Of a stretch of DNA of 64,000 bases, positions 61,389 to 64,000 are shown in pieces. This DNA comes from Nitrosarchaeum sp. (GTDB lineage Archaea > Thermoproteota > Nitrososphaeria > Nitrososphaerales > Nitrosopumilaceae): the NCBI GenBank assembly GCA_965223865.1, contig OZ245020.1, positions 1,664,001 to 1,728,000 on the forward strand, in the 5' to 3' direction. The notes under the pieces were generated by a model. It worked only from the letters and a program-made list of their open reading frames with translations. It had not been told where the DNA came from and ran no database searches. The translations under genes were made by a program, and so were the position numbers. Each line of letters begins with the position of its first letter. The stretch's first letter is position 1.

Positions 61389-61604
61389 CTACATTAGATC
61401 CTTTTTTTGAATTCCGCTGGTTTCTATATCATATTTTAGTGCTGCTGGTAGTTCTTGGTATTTCTTATTGACCAAAATTATTATTTGATCATCAGGGACG
61501 TTTACTTTTTTTAGTAATTTTCCTCGTTGGTGTGCATAAGCATTTTTCCAAAATCGAGCACCATCAAAAGTTCCTATTTTTGGCATGTATTTGGAAGGTT
61601 TCAT
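61389..61604 (-). CDS. Small conserved hypothetical protein
   Basis: 71-aa ORF, FWKNAYAHQRGKLL. Confidence 0.7.
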   Translation of the reverse strand: MKPSKYMPKIGTFDGARFWKNAYAHQRGKLLKKVNVPDDQIIILVNKKYQELPAALKYDIETSGIQKKDLM

Positions 61605-61623
61605 TTTTTCTCATAGTGTAAGT

Positions 61624-61702
61624 GACTGTGATGGAAGATTGGCAAATGCCATTAGAACCGGAGTTACTGTTCTGGAATTTAGGCATGTTGCCCATCACAG
61701 TC
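61624..61702. other. Long intergenic stem-loop (candidate structured RNA)
   Basis: GACTGTGATGG/CCATCACAGTC, GGCAA-ATGCC/GGCAT-TTGCC and AGAAC/GTTCT nested stems. Confidence 0.7.
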
Positions 61703-61758
61703 TATTTGAAATTAATTAAGAATCTAATATATTTAATGCGGTATAATCAAGAATAACA

Positions 61759-62175
61759 TTGGCAGTAATCGAAGTATCAGTTGAAATTGGTGCACCAGTA
61801 GATAAAGTCTGGGAAATTGTTTCAGATATTGATAATGAACCAAAATTTTGGAAGGGAACTAAAGAGACAAGAAATATTTCAAAGGAGGGAAACAATATCA
61901 AAAGAGAAATTACAATTGCATTTAGAGATCAAAAATGTCTTCAAGATGTAAAATTATACCCCAAAGAAAAAATTGAAGCCATATTTACCAAAGGAATTAT
62001 TGATGGAGTTAAAATAATCAAATTGATTCCTCAAGATGGAAAAACAACAGTTGAGACAAAATGGGATATCAAACTTTCAGGAATGATGGGAATGTTTACA
62101 GGAATGCTAAAAAATCATATTAAAAGTGGAACTGAACAAGCTTTACAAAATATCAAAGAAGAATTAGAGAGATAA
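61759..62175 (+). CDS. SRPBCC / polyketide cyclase family protein
   Basis: IGAPVDKVWEIVSD..PKFW. Confidence 0.88.
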   Translation: MAVIEVSVEIGAPVDKVWEIVSDIDNEPKFWKGTKETRNISKEGNNIKREITIAFRDQKCLQDVKLYPKEKIEAIFTKGIIDGVKIIKLIPQDGKTTVETKWDIKLSGMMGMFTGMLKNHIKSGTEQALQNIKEELER

Positions 62176-62179
62176 ATTT

Positions 62180-63388
62180 ATGGAACTTGTAATTGATGTT
62201 TTCAATTATTCTTTAACTGCAATTATAATTGGTATTTGTGGAGCATGGGCATATCTAATAAAATCAATGATAGACTCTTTTACATTAACACCATATCTTG
62301 ACAGATTTGAAGAAAAAGAACATAATCTACCAAGAGTTTCAATAATTCTTCCTGCAAGAAATGAAGAGGAACATATTGGGAATTGTTTGAATTCGTTAAT
62401 TGATCAAGATTATAAAAATTATGAAATTGTGGTAATAGATGATTCCTCTGAGGACAATACAGAAAAAATAATTTCTGAATATGTAAAGAAAGATTCGCAT
62501 ATTATTCATGTATCTGCAAAACCAAAACCCGACGGATGGATGGGGAAGAATTGGGCATGTATGGAGGGATATAAAAAAGCAACAGGAGAATTACTGTTAT
62601 TTACAGATGCAGATACAAAGCACTCAAAAAACGTGATATCTCTTTCGGTATCACATTTACTTTCCTTTAATCTTGATGCATTATCGGTAATTCCGAAAAT
62701 GCTTTCGTTTGATTTTTGGACAAGAATCACATTGCCTATGATTTCAACTTTTCTTCATACTAGATTTTCTGCCCTCAAAGTAAATGACCCAACAAAAAAA
62801 ACAGGATATTTCTTTGGAAGTTTTTTCATAATAAAAAAAAAGGCATACCAAGAGGTAGGAATGCATGAAGGAGTTAAACAAGAAATTATCGAAGATGGTG
62901 CACTCGGAAAAAAAGTCAAAGAAATGGGCTACAAAATGAAGATGGTCAGAGGAGAACATCTCATCAGTGCCATTTGGGCTCGGGATAAGAGCACACTTTG
63001 GAATGCACTAAAAAGATTAATGATCCCACTATATCTTCAAAGTGGAAATATAGCCATAGGGGTTTTTTTTGCAGTCTTGTTTTTATTATTTATGCCATTT
63101 CCAATTTTGACATATTCAACATTTTCAGCAAGTGAATCCACATCATTTTCAATTCTATTTACAACATCTTTGTTAGCAGTTATTCTGATTTATACAGGTG
63201 CAATCATTGAAGTAAAAAAAACTCTATTTCTCGGAGTAACTCATGCAGTTTTTGCACCCATAGGAAGTCTTGTAGTGGTATTGGGTTTTCTGAGCGGATT
63301 ACTTCAAGCAAAAAGCAATTCTTCAGTATCATGGAGAGGACGTAGTTATTCTATGAAAGATCATGCCCAAAATTCAATAAGTGTATAG
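62180..63388 (+). CDS. GT2 glycosyltransferase, membrane-bound
   Basis: PARNEE, DDSSED, GWMGK, TDAD, IED, WRGR. Confidence 0.92.
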   Translation: MELVIDVFNYSLTAIIIGICGAWAYLIKSMIDSFTLTPYLDRFEEKEHNLPRVSIILPARNEEEHIGNCLNSLIDQDYKNYEIVVIDDSSEDNTEKIISEYVKKDSHIIHVSAKPKPDGWMGKNWACMEGYKKATGELLLFTDADTKHSKNVISLSVSHLLSFNLDALSVIPKMLSFDFWTRITLPMISTFLHTRFSALKVNDPTKKTGYFFGSFFIIKKKAYQEVGMHEGVKQEIIEDGALGKKVKEMGYKMKMVRGEHLISAIWARDKSTLWNALKRLMIPLYLQSGNIAIGVFFAVLFLLFMPFPILTYSTFSASESTSFSILFTTSLLAVILIYTGAIIEVKKTLFLGVTHAVFAPIGSLVVVLGFLSGLLQAKSNSSVSWRGRSYSMKDHAQNSISV

Positions 63389-63427
63389 TAGTAAGGCTTT
63401 TAGATAAAAAACAGACAATAAGGTCAC

Positions 63428-64000
63428 GTGGATAAATCAAGTGGCTTAATTGGAGGAATTATAGGAGCTGTAATTGTTGTAGCAGTTTTTGCAGTATTTT
63501 TACTTCCAATAACTAGTTCCACAGAACCAGAAGTTATCGAGAGTAATGCAAGTATTCCAAGTGCAATTGGACAATCAAACCCATATACACAAGAACTTTC
63601 ATTGATTGAAATTTTTGAGAAATCAGAGTCAGGAGTTGTCAGAGTTAATGTACAAAGAAATGAGGAAACAAGTGGATTAAATGGAGTTGGATCAGGTTTT
63701 GTTTTTGATAAAAAAGGCCACATCATTACCAATGCTCATGTTATCAGCGATGCAAAAAAAGTAGCGGTCACATTTCTTGATGGTCGTTCATATAATGCAA
63801 AGGTGATCGGGAGTGATGAATTTACAGACATCGGAGTAATCAAAGTAAATGCAGATTTGAAATTGCTTCACCCATTAACATTAGGAGATTCTTCAAATCT
63901 CAAGGTAGGTGAACAAATTGCAGCAATTGGAAATCCATTTGGATTATCAGGTTCAATGACATCAGGTATTGTAAGTCAACTTGGAAGATTACTACCTTCA
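63428..64000 (+). CDS. HtrA/DegP-like trypsin serine protease (3' end outside window)
   Basis: GTG start, TM anchor, GSGFVF, ITNAHV, TDIGVI, AIGNPFGL. Confidence 0.92.
   Translation, partial: MDKSSGLIGGIIGAVIVVAVFAVFLLPITSSTEPEVIESNASIPSAIGQSNPYTQELSLIEIFEKSESGVVRVNVQRNEETSGLNGVGSGFVFDKKGHIITNAHVISDAKKVAVTFLDGRSYNAKVIGSDEFTDIGVIKVNADLKLLHPLTLGDSSNLKVGEQIAAIGNPFGLSGSMTSGIVSQLGRLLPS

Noticed and set aside
63424-63732. 102-aa minus-strand ORF
   Set aside because: Shadow of the HtrA-like gene running off the window end

Overview
AT-rich archaeal chromosome segment. Gene content points to a Nitrosopumilus-like ammonia-oxidising thaumarchaeon: TBP, TFB, Alba, SMC, deoxyhypusine synthase, CofC/CofD, Sec61beta, Tsr3, ESCRT-III, thaumarchaeosortase, RNase P RNA and tRNA-Pro. 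Most of the window is housekeeping, but two accessory regions stand out. (1) About 18.9-25.5 kb holds short, unrelated, often secreted or pseudogenised genes. Three consecutive gene junctions share the motif (A)GAAAATGAAAACTAGA, two of them as an identical 17-bp direct repeat, and a second repeat family (TCAAGA..YACTARRA.TC) sits between the gene blocks. This looks like an integron-like cassette array, although no integrase is present in the window. (2) About 52.9-57.6 kb, next to the tRNA-Pro 3' end, carries an extra ESCRT-III (CdvB-like) gene preceded by a 22-bp tandem repeat, an Lrp-family regulator with four TTCA-N5-TGAA boxes, and a small two-helix membrane protein. Other notable items are a convergent egtB/egtD ergothioneine pair, a cobalamin-binding protein gene broken by one TAG, an Alba gene with perfect tandem repeats, a membrane protein with a metallothionein-like tail, and a 79-nt intergenic hairpin. 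All calls come from reading the sequence; no searches were run.
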